Assembly (NCBI GenBank): GCA_951406725.2
Contig: OX597834.1
Span: 38,378,001 to 38,442,000, forward strand
DNA length: 64,000 nucleotides
Source of the DNA: Octopus vulgaris
Taxonomy: Eukaryota
Direction of reading: 5' to 3'
Shown: piece by piece, positions 37,700 through 50,713 of the stretch
How the letters are laid out: every line of letters starts with the position of its first letter
Position numbering within the stretch: position 1 is the stretch's first letter
The notes under the pieces: generated by a model
What the model saw: only the letters and a program-made list of their open reading frames with translations
The model's database searches: none
Told to the model about the DNA's origin: nothing
Program-made: the position numbers and the translations under genes

Positions 37700-37954
37700 G
37701 TTTAAATGAAACCTTAACGTAATCAAACCCACTGGTCACGAAGGACCTACAAAAGTCATATGTAATGCCTCTTCTTCCAGACCCATTAAGTACAAAAAAA
37801 AATGTGGGGTCTGTGTGAGATTGTGTGAATTCAATGATATTCACGTCATTCTCAGAATGACCAAGGAAACCAAACAAGCACTTACCTCTGATATTTTACC
37901 AGTAAATGCCAAAACCTCTGGTTAAACCTACTAATAATTGTTCCTTTACTTGTC

Positions 37955-38160
37955 AGGCGGCGAGATGGCAGGATCGTTAGCACGCCAGGCAAAATGCTTA
38001 GCGCCACTTCGTCCATCTTTACTTTCTGAGTCAAACTCCGCCGAGGTCGACTTTTAATCCTTCTGGGGTCGATAAAATAAGGACCAATTGTGCACTAGGT
38101 TCAACGTAATCGACTTAGTCCTCCCCAGAAATTGCAAGCCTTGTGCCAAAATTTGAAACC
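37955..38160 (+). mobile_element. SINE family A
   Basis: AGGCGGCGAGATGGCAGGATCGTTAGCACGCC...GGCCTTGTGCCAAAATTTGAAACC-type tail. Confidence 0.85.
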
Positions 38161-38858
38161 AATTATTATTCCTTTAGTTAACAGAGCCAATAGCGGAGCG
38201 TCTATGTGATCGCACATGCTGCTAGCAATATCAGCCAAATCTCTCTCAAATCCATCTTTCTTATCATACAAATGAAAAGTCACATTGAATAACATAGTCC
38301 TTGATATCCCAGGTCTTAATGATAAAAGACAGCATTGATCATGGTTGGAAAACCTTTGATCATGGGTCTACCGGATTTGGGCTAACCAACAACAACAACA
38401 AACTTCAATTGCCAACACAAAATTGACATTAACTTCAATCAGTTCTAGTTATCCCTATAATTCCAACCCAAGTGATGCTTACTATCCTCTCTTTCTTCTA
38501 CAAGATGCATCAAAGAATTTTAGAAATGTTTGAAGATGAATGACTACAAGAAAGGGATGCTGGTTTACAGACTCGATTTTCCTGCAGCTTCAATGAAGGA
38601 ACCATGATTTTCTGAATCTGGTAGATGAGGAAACTTGGATTGTGTGATATTCATTCTCTTGTTAGGTGTATTAGTCATGCAGGTTAAGAGAAATCACTCC
38701 AATCAGATATCGAATTAGAGATTTTGATTATCTTTATTTAGATTATTTAACCAGACGATCCCCGGTGGATGTGTAAAGGTATCCCATACGCAAGGTAACA
38801 CTGAAATATTATTTATGACTGTACCTGTATAAATCTTGTATAAACACTCTTGTATATA

Positions 38859-39222
38859 TAGGCGCACGTGTGGCTATGTGGTAAGAAGTTTGCTTCCTAA
38901 CCACATGGTTCTGGCTTCAGTCCCGCAACGTGTCACCTTGGCTAAGTGTCCTCTACTATAACCTCGGGTCGACCAAAGCCTTGTGAGTGGATTCGGTACA
39001 TGGAAACTGAAAGAATCTCGTCTGTGTGTGTGCGTGTATGTGTGTATGTGTTTGGGCCCCCACACCACTTGACAACCGGTATTGGTTTGTTTAGGTCCCC
39101 GTAATCTAGTGGTTCAGCAAAAGAGACCGCCACCATAAGTGCCAGGCTCAAAAAAGTGCTGGAAGCTGTGCTCCAGCATGGCCACAGTCTAATGACTGAA
39201 ATAAGTAAAGGATAATAGATGA
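38859..39222 (+). mobile_element. SINE family B, full length and diverged
   Basis: TAGGCGCAC..TGGCTATGTGGTAAGAAG...GGCTTCAGTCCC head and CCAGCATGGCCACAGTCTAATGACTGAAA tail. Confidence 0.85.
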
Positions 39223-39474
39223 AAGATACTCATGTTCGGAGACACTTAGAAATATATCAAGACATACATAAACATATACACTTGCACAGGGATATGTACA
39301 CATACATAACATATACACATACAAAGAAATGCACACACACACGCACACACTCACACATACTCAGACACATACACAAGTCTAAAAGGTGAAACTTGACGTA
39401 GTCAAGTCAGAATAGTTAATAAATGTTTCTGATGACTTCCATTATTAATAATACAAGCATACACACGCGCACGC

Positions 39475-39515
<41 letters not shown>

Positions 39516-39833
39516 GTGTGTGTGTAGAGAGAAATAGAGATGAAACGGGGGAAACATGGGAATTGAAGAAGAAATATAGCAGGCAAAAGCCGCTATTTGT
39601 TAGGATCAATTTTCATGTTTATAAAATTTGTCTAGATATTAGCTGTTGTAGATATTTATAAGTTAATGTGTGTATATGGTTTTCGTAAACTTGTACAGGT
39701 ATCAAGTTATATTAATGAATGTAGGTAAATAATCACGTTAAAGTGCAAACGGACATCTTTACACCCATTACGCTATATTACATAGAAACACTCAGACACA
39801 CGCCCACACGCACCGAATATAGCAAAGTCTCAC

Positions 39834-40217
39834 ATGAACAATGTAGTGAGTGGAAAGACTTCGATGACACGAGCTTATCCAAGCTGATAGCGGACCAAAT
39901 CTCTCTGTCTGTCTGCTGTCGCATTCGAGAAGAGTACAACTGTCGAGCGAATTTTGTAATTAAGATCGTTCCGCCGACCTCCCTGAATAGGGAGGAGGGA
40001 GCCTGTTTTCTTTCGGTAGTTGCTGTGGCGAAAGAGGTAGTATGGAAGACGAGAGTGAAAGGAATTGCAAAAGGCATGTTCATCTCCAGTCTCGAGCTAA
40101 TCGACTTTTTCGTTTTCCACATGAAACGGAAAATAAGGCTGGAGAAGAAATGCCCGTCGCAAAGTGTGTTTCGTAAAAGATGGAAGTCTATAGCAAGTAT
40201 GTTGCGAGTGAAAGAAC
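39834..40217 (-). other. Candidate host exon (384 nt, phase 1-1, open frame, no recognised homology)
   Basis: Acceptor TTTTCTTTTAAACAG|G, donor AT|GTGAGA; unique, high-complexity sequence. Confidence 0.4.
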
Positions 40218-40576
40218 CTGTTTAAAAGAAAATGTAAAAAAGGAGAAAGCAAAGTCTTCAATGTGAGTATGTGGTTAGTGGGGTCAACCGCGTCCTCCGC
40301 TTAATTTTTTGTTAATCATTCATTTTCATTTAATTGTATATATTTTAATTGTTTCTTTATTCATACGTTTTGTCTCATTCGATAGCCTGACCCCCAACGT
40401 TTGTTTTGTCTGTCCCCGTATTGTCCACTCTTTTTCTCAAACTTATGGTGAATAAAGAAATTCTCTCTCTCTCCCTCTCTTTCCCTTTCTATCTCTCTCT
40501 CCCCCTCTCTCTCTCTCTGGATACCAACATGTCCTTTAGGTCTATTCTTGTGACTACAATATTTAATGTGACCATT

Positions 40577-40915
40577 AAGGCGTCGAGCTGACGAAATCGT
40601 TATCCCGCCCGAAAAGATGTTTAGCGAGATTTCTTCAATATTAACGTTCGTCTTTACCTTCCATCCATTCGGGGTCGATAAAATAAGCACTGGACTCGAT
40701 GAAATCGACTTGCCCCTCCCTCGAAATTTCTGGCCTTACGCCAAAAATTGAAATCAATATTTACTGTGTCCATTAAGGCAGCAAACTTGTGGAATTGTCA
40801 GCACGCTGAGCAAAATGCTTCGCGACATTTCTTCCGACTTTACGATCTGAATTCAATTTCCGCTGAGATGACTTTATCTTTCATCCTTTCTAGATTGATA
40901 AAGTAAGTACCAGTT
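40577..40915 (+). mobile_element. Two tandem decayed SINE family A copies
   Basis: Heads at about 40577 and 40775, each preceded by CCATT. Confidence 0.75.
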
Positions 40916-40929
40916 GAGGAAGTATCGCC

Positions 40930-41129
40930 ATGACAACTGTCTCTGTGATGGTCAAAGTGACAATCACACGCTACACATGTTCCTTCGAAGCACTGCTGTA
41001 AATAGCGGAAGTGAGCTAGAACGTTAAAATTTAGTGCGCATGAACAGCAGAGTTCAAGGTCAACTCTACTCTTCGTTCTTTAGCTTCGTTACTATGGCAA
41101 CAGTCCGCATACTTATTGATCAGACCTCG
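40930..41129. mobile_element. Mariner-like transposon end
   Basis: The reverse complement reads TA|CGAGGTCTGATCAATAAGTATGCGGAC, a mariner-type TIR next to TA. The partner TIR was not found. Confidence 0.6.
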
Positions 41130-41149
41130 TATACAATATAATAATGCAT

Positions 41150-41612
41150 AATACATACATACATACATACATGCATACATACATACATACGTACATACAT
41201 ACATACATACATACATACATACATGCATACATACGTACGTACATACATACATACATGCATACATACATACATACATACATACGTACGTACATACATACAT
41301 ACATACATACATGCATACATACATACATACATACATACATACATACATACATACATGCATACATACATACATACATACATACATACATACGTACGTACAT
41401 ACATACATACATACATACATGCATACATACATACATACATACATACATACATACATACATACATACATACATACATACATACATACGTACGTACATACGT
41501 ACGTACATACGTACATACATACATACGTACATACATTACATACACACATACATACATACATACATACATACATACATACATACATACATACATACATACA
41601 TACATACATACA
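41150..41612. repeat. Long (TACA)n microsatellite with TACG/TGCA variants
   Basis: Directly visible. Confidence 0.95.
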
Positions 41613-42029
41613 TTTATATAGTGCGTGTATGTGCCTCTACTGGCGTATTTGCTGATTGTGTCTGCTTTTAAATCTTATCTTCTTGTTCTTATTTTTTATT
41701 TACTATTTTTCAATTCTCGTAAACAAGATGTTTTCGTTTTATCTTTATGTATATTATATAATTTAAATGTGACTATTTATTATAGTGTATTACTGTTTTA
41801 TATTTAAATCACTACTTTATATTACATAAATTTTTTTCTGTTAAATATCTTTCTTTGCATTTTGTCTTTCATGTTTACATTTTTATCCACAATTTTTCAT
41901 AAGTTCAATATTTTTATGTCTGTATTGCTTACTCAAACTCAAAAGGTGTACGAATCAGGTTCAGAATTGACATCATTTCTGCCGTTTGCTATCTATTTTC
42001 TTATTTATACACGCATAGGCACATATATT

Positions 42030-42287
42030 GTGGAGGCGCGTGGCTTAGTGGTTAGGGTGTCAGCATCACGATCGTAAGATTGTGGTTTCGACTCCTGGAC
42101 CGGGCGACGCGTTGTGTTCTTGAGCAAAACACTTCATTTCACGTTGCTCAAGTTCACTCAGCTGGCAAAAATGAGTAACGCTGCGATGGACTGGCGTCCC
42201 GTCCAGCAGGGGAACACATACGCCATTGAAACCGGGAAACCGGGCCCATGAGCCTGGCTAGGCTTTAAAAAGGGCGCAAGAAGAAGA
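42030..42287 (+). mobile_element. tRNA-derived SINE family D, full length
   Basis: Head GTGGAGGCGCGTGGCTTAGTGGTTAGG...GGTTTCGACTCC, (AAG)n tail, and a 13-bp TSD AGGC(A/G)CATATATT (42017-42029, 42288-42300). Confidence 0.9.
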
Positions 42288-42409
42288 AGGCGCATATATT
42301 AGAGGTAGGAATAAATATTTCGTAGATATAACGTGAATATTTATTTATAAGCATTCAACAACGTGCTCAATGAAACTAAGATAAAAATATCGTTTCATAT
42401 AAAGAATAT

Positions 42410-42538
42410 AGGAATTGCTCTGTCCTAAGAATCCTGCTTCCCAGCCAAATAGTTCCGAATTCAGCCCCACTGCGTGACACCTTGGGTCCACCAAAGACTC
42501 GTGAGTTGTTTTCGTAGACGGAAACTGAAAGGCCGTCG

Positions 42539-42540
<2 letters not shown>
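42410..42540 (+). mobile_element. SINE family B 5' part
   Basis: TTCAGCCCCACTGCGTGACACCTTGGG...GTAGACGGAAACTGAAAG. Confidence 0.7.
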
Positions 42541-42601
<61 letters not shown>

Positions 42602-42604
<3 letters not shown>

Positions 42605-43500
42605 AGGAAAGGAGGAAAGCAAAAGCAAGTGGAAATCATCAGGAATGGAGAGAACTTGACAAGCAGTACAACAGACAGGCACTAGAGGACAAGAGGAACC
42701 ATCTGGGCCAGATATGTCTGGAGGCGGAAGATGCGTCACAGAAAGGTGACATCAAGTCTGTTTTTCGTTTGGTGAAGGAATTGAGTAGAAAGAGGAAGTG
42801 GACTCCACGTAGTGACGTCATCAATGATAAAGTAGGTAACATCCTGACATAGGAAGAGGACATGAAAGCTAGGTGGAGGAAATACAGCACCGATTTGTAC
42901 AGACGGAGGCAGGAAGATCTCCCCGCTGCACACGCTGTAGCCGAAGACAGAGAACCAGAACAACTCAAAGAAGAAGTGAGGCAAGCGCTGTACCATACCA
43001 AGAACGGGAAGAGCCCTTGCGTGGATGAACTTCCCATCGAGGTATGGAAGGCGACGGGAGATATTGAGATAGAACTGTTGTGGAGACTGTGTATCAAGAT
43101 CTGGAACGACGTGGAGTAGCCGATCGACTGGTGTCGTGCAGTCTTCGTACCAATACCAAAGAAAGGCAACCCATGCGAGTGCTCTAACCATCAAACCATC
43201 AACCTCATTGTTCACGCAAGCAAGATCCTGCTGCGAATCATCGTAGGTAGACTGCAGCGGAAATATAGCAGTGTCATTGCTGAGGAACAAGCTGGCTTCG
43301 TCAAGGGCAGAGGAACAAGGAAACAGATAGTCAACATCAGGATGATGATCGAGAAGTTTAAGGAGTGTAACATCCCTCTTTACGTGTGTTTCATCGACTA
43401 CTCTAAGGCCTTCGACTGTGTGAGACACAGCAAGCTGCGGGACGTCATGAAGGACATGGGATTTCCTGAACACTTAGTCGCACTGTTGGCGCAACTATAG
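42602..43500 (+). mobile_element. RTE/BovB-like LINE fragment (pre-RT tether and RT N-terminal half; pseudogenised)
   Basis: One frame with a few stops: KARWRKY..LY, KNGKSPCVDELPIE, W..AVFVPIPKKGN..ECSNHQTI.LI.HASKILL, EEQAGFVKGRGT, LYVCFIDYSKAFDCV.H. Confidence 0.92.
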
Positions 43501-43504
43501 CAAT

Positions 43505-44240
43505 TTAAAGAAGACACAGAGAAAAAGAAAAAAACAAGCTAATGTGGTGACGTAGCGCAAGCAATGTATTAGTATGACGCTCAGAGAACGAAGAGAGTAG
43601 TTGTTTTACGTTTCGAGCATAGCTCTTCTACAGAAATAGGAAAAACAGGAAACTCCAAAGGGAAAGAAGGAAGAATGAGGGAAGAAATTGCCAACAGTCA
43701 ATGTGAGGTTACATTTCTGAGGTGACCGGAAGTAGAAGGAATGAATAGAAAGTGCTTTCTGAGACAGGCGAGTGTGTGTGTGTGTGTGTGTGATGTCATG
43801 TGTATATATGGTAGCGTGTGAGTGTGTTTCAGTAACTGCGTGTATGTGTGTAGGTGGTGTGTGTGCGTGTGGTAGTAACTGTGTGTGTTTGTAAGAGTAC
43901 TCTGTGGGTATGTGTGAGTGTGTGTGTGTGGTAGGATCTGTATGAGTGTGTGTTAATGTCGCTCTGAGAGGTTAGCATCTATATTGACAGGTGTGTGTAT
44001 GGGTGGGTGTGGCTGTGTGTGTGTGTGTGTGTGTATATGTGAGTGTGTGTTTGCCTGTGTGTGTAGATGGAAAAGTGAACAGTGTGAGAGATAGTCTGAA
44101 GTTAGAGTGAGAGACAGTCTTTTGGGTGTGTGAATAAGTGGGTGTGGCTATGTGAATGGGTGGGTGTGGTTTTGTGTGTGTGTGTGTATGTGTTTCTATG
44201 TGTACGTAGATAGAGTGGGAATATGTATATATGTGTCTGT
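43505..44240 (-). mobile_element. Probable Penelope-type terminal region with a decayed hammerhead-like motif and a (TG)-rich tract
   Basis: Minus strand CTGTAGA-A-GAGC-TAT-GCTC-GAAACGTA at about 43605-43633. Confidence 0.4.
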
Positions 44241-44271
44241 GCGCATATGTACTTTTAGTAGAAAGGATAAT

Positions 44272-44777
44272 TTTTTTTTGTCTTTATCACAGGTTTTGTT
44301 GGAGCTCCTGGAGTTTTGAATGCGTAGCGGGCTTGCTACCTACAGCTATGGTACCATGCTTTCCGTTCTTTTCAGCTCTCTAATACTTACCTGATTATTC
44401 TGACCGTGTTAAGGAGGCAAGCCTCTTGCAACAGTTCTACAGGGCACTCTATTCCAATTTCTTTTATATTCCTCTTGATACCTTCAGATACTGTTCCCAA
44501 GAGCCCAACAATAATTGACACTATCTTCACCTTCTTCATTTTCAATCTCCGGGCTATTTCGTACTTAAGATCTATCTTTTCGCCTTCCTTCTTCACTATT
44601 CGTGGGTCAAGGGAGCATGCAACATCAACTGTATAGCACATGTGGTGCACCTTGTCCACCATCTCTGGGTCCGGTCTGTTATGTTCTAGCACCTGATCTG
44701 TTTGGATTGGAAAGTCCCAGAGGATTTTGCTAGTCTCCGACTCCGCCACTCTCTGTCTTGCCTCTCTTTAGCCCCCA
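44272..44777 (-). mobile_element. 5'-truncated R4/Dong-like element (restriction-like endonuclease and 3' UTR) abutting (TAA)n
   Basis: KILWDFPIQTDQVLEHNRPD...VDVAC...EK...IVGLLGTV...LQEACLLNTVRIIR is the PD-(D/E)xK RLE signature; A-rich 3' end. Confidence 0.88.
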
Positions 44778-44778
44778 C

Positions 44779-44866
<88 letters not shown>

Positions 44867-44900
44867 GTTATTATTATTATTATTCTTATTGTTATTCTTA

Positions 44901-44970
<70 letters not shown>

Positions 44971-45024
44971 GTTATTATTATTATTATTGTTATTGTTATT
45001 GTTATTATTATTATTATTATTATA

Positions 45025-45071
<47 letters not shown>

Positions 45072-45098
45072 CATTATTATTATTATTATTATTATTAT
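44778..45098. repeat. (TAT/TAA)n microsatellite of about 320 bp
   Basis: Directly visible. Confidence 0.95.
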
Positions 45099-45099
45099 T

Positions 45100-45312
45100 A
45101 AAGCAGCTAGATAACTGAACCGTTAGCGCTGGACAAAATGCTTAACGTCATTACTTCCGGTTCTTCACGTTCTGCGTTCAAATTCCGCCGAAGTTGATTT
45201 TGTCTTACATCCTTTCGGGGTCAATATAATAAATGCCAGTCCAGTGTTGGAACCGATGTAATCGACTAATCTGCTCCCTTAAAATTGTTGGCCTTGAATC
45301 AAAATTTGAAAC
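45100..45312 (+). mobile_element. SINE family A, decayed
   Basis: GTTCAAATTCCGCCGAAGTTGATTTTGTCTTACATCCTTTCGGGGTC. Confidence 0.8.
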
Positions 45313-45527
45313 TATTTTTATTATTAACACTGAGTACCCACCCATACGCCTGCTTTGCTGGTTTTAGAGGTTGTTTGATAGGAAGCGGCATGAGTAAAGA
45401 ATAATTAGAATGGATAATTAAAATGGATAATCGTGAGGGGCATATTTGGTGAGATCCTACTGTTTCGTCACATCATTGCTAATATTTATTTTCTTTCCTG
45501 TTAGGATCTGTTGAAACAGAAAAATAG

Positions 45528-45582
45528 CTGCTTCCGGTAACGACAGCAAGATGGCGGAAGTGGAGATGAGGGACTTCCTGCA
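45528..45582 (+). promoter_or_regulatory. ETS/YY1-like motif cluster
   Basis: CTTCCGG, CAAGATGGCGG overlapping CGGAAGTG, and ACTTCCTG within 55 bp. Confidence 0.3.
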
Positions 45583-45747
45583 GTGACTTTATAGCATTTA
45601 TTGTGTGTGTGTGTGTCTGTGTGTGTGTCTGCATGCGTACATGTGTGTAGGTGTAAACAACTGTAGAGAATGCATTATTGATAAGTGCAGCTGGAATGAC
45701 GACAACAGCAACCTACAGCAGCAGCAACAGCAGCAGCAGAAACAACA

Positions 45748-45794
<47 letters not shown>

Positions 45795-46155
45795 AATAGC
45801 AGCTGTGACAAGCAACAATAGCGAAAATGTGGAAGGTACGAGCAGTATTCCAATGGCTGCCGAATTTACCGAGATGATAAACAAAGATCTTATATTTTAT
45901 GGGAAAGTGGTGGTGAGTACTACTCCAGAAGTAGAAATATTAGCGACTGAGATAACCATAAAGATAATTTCCGCCACCAACAACATGAGCTATCGAGGGG
46001 AGGACTTTACGTGGTCGTTCTACCTACTAGAAATAGCAACCAAATCTCTCTCAAATCATACAATACCATCTTTTGATAAAGACGATAAAGGTGTATGTAT
46101 ACACGCTTAAGTACACGCAAATGCACGCACATATTCGCATATATATATATATAAT

Positions 46156-46572
46156 CTCTTTTTACTCTCTTTTACTCTTTTACTTGTTTCAGTCATTTGA
46201 CTGTGGCCATGCTGGAGCACCGCCTTTAGTCGAGCAAACCGACCCCAGGACTTATTCTTTGTAAGCCTAGTACTTATTCTATCGGTCGCTTTTGCCGAAC
46301 CGCTAAGTTACGGGGACGTAAACACACCAGCATCGGTTGTCAAGCGATGTTGGGGGTGGGGTGGTGGACACAGACGCACAAACACACACACACACATACA
46401 TATACATATATACGACGGGCTTCTTTTCAGTTTCCGTCTACCAAATCCACTCACAAGGCTTTGATCAATCCGAGGCTATAGTAGAAGACACTTGCAGAAG
46501 GTGCCACACAGTGGGACTGAACCCGGAACCATGTGGTTCGTAAGCAAGCTACTTACCACTCAGACACTCCTA
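46156..46572 (-). mobile_element. SINE family B, full length
   Basis: (CTCTTTTA)n tail, internal microsatellite and head; highly similar to 50969-51391. Confidence 0.92.
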
Positions 46573-46634
46573 CATACACATATATATACAAAAACATTAT
46601 GTTTTGGTGTATATGTATGCGCATGAATGCGCGC

Positions 46635-46685
<51 letters not shown>

Positions 46686-46964
46686 GACAGACAGACAGAC
46701 AGAGAATGAGAAAGACGGCGTGAGGCGACGGGAAGCGTTAAATCGAAAGTGAAACGAGACGTGTTGTGCGAATGAGAGCCAAATTAATATTCTAAGCTTG
46801 ATTTCAACTTGATTTTCTTGCACTTATTTGTCCCACTGATATTAACAATAACATGAGCATCACAGATTGCAACTTATCTCTGCCTCATCACGTCTGCAAT
46901 GTTAAATTGATTCATGCATCAATGTGCGTGCATGGGTATGGGTGTGTGTGTGTGTGTGTGTTGT

Positions 46965-47250
46965 GTCTTTTACTTGTTTCTGTTATTGGATTGCGTTCTT
47001 GCTGAGGACACTGCGTTGGAAGACTGAGTCGAACAAATGAACCCAAGTATTTATATTTCAAGTCTGACAGTTGTTTTGACAAACCGCTAAGTTACTCTGC
47101 CAAGCGATGGGGAAGAAGGGAAACATAACCAATGACACGTATAATTACACGCACGTTTATATATACGAGAAGCTTCTGTACAGTTTCCGTCTATCAAATT
47201 CATTCACAAGACATTGGTCGGCCGCGGGCTACAATTGTTGACACATGCCC
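46965..47250 (-). mobile_element. SINE family B, decayed
   Basis: CTTTTACTTGTTTC..., CCGCTAAGTTAC and CAGTTTCCGTCTATCAAATTCATTCACAAG. Confidence 0.7.
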
Positions 47251-47362
47251 AAACCGCATTGTTGTAAAGTACTTTTCTGTGTGTGTGGTGTGTGTGCGTG
47301 CGTGCGCGCGCGTATATATGTATGTATATATGTATATATATATATGTATATATGTATATATG

Positions 47363-47915
47363 TCAGGTCACTTTCGAGTGCTACTGGTAATATGTAACCC
47401 AGTACAACCTGTTGCATGGTCGGGTCGTCGGCGACTAAACCGGCAACCCCACCAAGCTTGCTTGATGAGGAGGGTGTTTATTGGTCACCCTGCGGAATGA
47501 AAAACAAAACCCGTCAAAGGGCGGAGGAACTCTTGAGAGTCAACGGCCATCCAATAAATGTCTTAAGGCTGTATCATGCGCGGGGACATAGAAATAATCG
47601 GACTGAATACCCGATCGCGCGGTTAAACCATTGGGAGTGAAGGACTCCTAGCCTTTGTTAGGGCATCATTCTAGGAGAAGGTAACTCAGGTAACTGGGAT
47701 AACTCTGAAATAAAACCTGCGGCTCAGTGGTTACCGATGATGTTGACTTGTTCTTCTTTTCGGATTATGGCTGCTGTTGCTTAATGAGTGGGATTGACTC
47801 AGTGCACTGCATTTCCTCACTTAAAAAAAAATCTTCTTGCACAGGTATTGCACGATAACAACATTGATTAAGTTTCATGCAATGGCCATACTCGTTAACG
47901 AGGGGGCAGCTACCA
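47363..47915 (+). mobile_element. GC-richer non-coding retroelement piece (probable RTE-type 5' UTR) inside (TA)n
   Basis: Shares ordered blocks with 16295-16465; TA-rich repeats on both flanks. Confidence 0.45.
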
Positions 47916-48589
47916 TATATATATGTATATATATAAAGAGAGAGAGAGTGAAATATAGATATGTATATGTATATATCTATACCTACATGCCTATATATAT
48001 ATGCATCTAATAGTATGCATGTGTGTATGTACACGTACACATTGGTGTATGTATGTATGTATATATGTATGTATATATGCATGTATGTATGTATGTATGT
48101 ATGTATGCATGTATGTATATATGTACGTATGTATGCATGTATGTATGTTTATGTATGTATGTATGTATGTATGTATGTATGTATGTATGTATGTATGTAT
48201 ATACGTATGTATGTATAAACATTTATTGTGTGCTTTTCAAAACAAAATCTTGTTTTTTTTTTCTTTCCTGCTGTATGTTTGTCTGCGGATGTGCGTGTTT
48301 ATGCGTATATGTATATATGCGCATGCCTACCTAAATTTGTATATACAAGTATGAGTGCATTTTGTAAGTCATAATTCTCTATTCAATAGCATGCATATAA
48401 AAACTGTCGAATCAACATCCCTTACGACAACACGGTGCATGAAAGATATTAACACCGGGACATTTTGAAATTCTTTCCATATTTATCACATGGTGTCTAA
48501 GAAACATTTATTTATTGATTAATGTATTGTTCTCATTATTATTATTATTCATATTATCAGTCATATTCTTATTCATATTGAAATTCATT

Positions 48590-48780
48590 TTATTATTATC
48601 ATTATCATCATCATCACCGTCGTCGTCGTCGTCATCATCATCATCATCATCATCGTTATCGTTATCATTGTTATCGTTATTATTATTCCCATCATCATCT
48701 TTATTATCATCTCCATAATTTTCATTATCATCATCATCATCATCATTATTTTAGGGCTTGTGCCAAAATCTGAAACAATA

Positions 48781-48826
<46 letters not shown>

Positions 48827-48836
48827 GGTGGTGGTG

Positions 48837-48897
<61 letters not shown>

Positions 48898-49084
48898 CAG
48901 CAGCAGCAGCAGGAGCAGCAGCAACGCAAGTAATAAGTATGTTTCTTTTTATATATTGTATTTTATTTTACTACATTTCCTGCCACAATTGACTTATATG
49001 TGCAGTGTGTTATACTTGTCATTTATCCCACTGATGGTGAACTTGTATTTTTCTTTCTCTTCTTTGTACCACCACTACTACTAT

Positions 49085-49164
<80 letters not shown>

Positions 49165-49165
49165 T
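48590..49165. repeat. Trinucleotide microsatellite cluster (CAT, AGT, GGT, CAG, CTA)
   Basis: Directly visible. Confidence 0.9.
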
Positions 49166-49676
49166 TGGGGCAGGGCATATTGATTTCTTTAATATTCAAA
49201 ACCCTGTTCATATCTTAACCTCTTCGATAAGACTTTCAATCATTATGCAACGACAGCAGAATATATTACAGGAAAGTTCAACATTAACTCGCCAAAACTG
49301 CTGGCGAGTGTGTATATGTATAAGTATGTGTGTTTGTGTGCGTGTTTGTTTGTGTGTGTGTGTGTGTGAGTGTGTAGAGAGAGAAAGAGGCGAAGAGGTG
49401 GAGGGGAGGGAGAGAGAGAGAGAGCTTCTTAAGGTGTTGTATTTTTTGTGTGAGGTGGTGAAGCGGTGCCATAAACATATGTGATTTGATATCTTTTTTA
49501 TGAAACGTCTCTCGTAAAATAATAACATGATGTATTGGTTGTTCTGTAAATATTGTCAGTAAAACTGAATTGATAGTGTCAGTGAGAAAGAGTAAGACAG
49601 AGAGAGAGAGAGACAGACAGAGAGAGACAGACAAACAGATACAGACAGATATGTATGATGTTTACACACACACACC

Positions 49677-49707
<31 letters not shown>

Positions 49708-49744
49708 TATATATGTATATATATATATTCATATATATATATAC

Positions 49745-49775
<31 letters not shown>

Positions 49776-49813
49776 CATATATTTATATATATACATGTAT
49801 ATATATGTATATA

Positions 49814-49848
<35 letters not shown>

Positions 49849-49877
49849 AATATATATATATACATATATATATATAT

Positions 49878-49908
<31 letters not shown>

Positions 49909-50660
49909 CATATATATGTTTATGTGTGTGTGTGTGTGCCTGTGTACAGAGAGAGAGAGAGAGAGGAAGAAAAAGAGAACGAAAAAGAAAAAGAGAGAGA
50001 TTAAGATGTTGGTTTATGGCAAGTCGTATAATATTCTGTTTATTTGTGTAACTTCTTACCCAACCCCCAACCCCCAACCCCAACACCCGACACTTTGTTA
50101 ATCTTTATGATAGCTTATGTCTCAAGAAATGATATTTACAAAGTTATTGAACAGCCAAAAGAGAGATGGATCGATAAATATATTCATACATAGACACACA
50201 CACACACATACATACAAACTTACACACACACACACGTACACACACACACTCACACACGCACACAGACTCATGCACACACACACACACACACACACGCGTA
50301 CACACATAGATACACACAAGATGATAATATTGGTGACTACACATCATCAATATCATGCTTTCAATCTGATGATGAGTCGAGATGGTCTTGAAATAGATTC
50401 GTGGATTTAGGAACGCTATTGTTCCTAAGTAAATATAAAAGGGTTTCAAAAATCCCCAAATGAAAAAACATCAATCTCAAAAATTGTTGTCTCTTAATAT
50501 AATGTGATATAATATAATATAATTGAATATCAACGAATAAGATAAAATAGCATAGAATATGATGTAACATAATAGAATATATATATATAATATAATTCAC
50601 TATAATGTAATAAGTATGATACAAACAGTAGTGGTGGTGGTGGTGGTGGTGGTGGTGGTG

Positions 50661-50713
<53 letters not shown>

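Noticed and set aside
42639-43473. 245-aa and 176-aa minus-strand ORFs
   Set aside because: They are antisense shadows of the plus-strand RTE reverse transcriptase.
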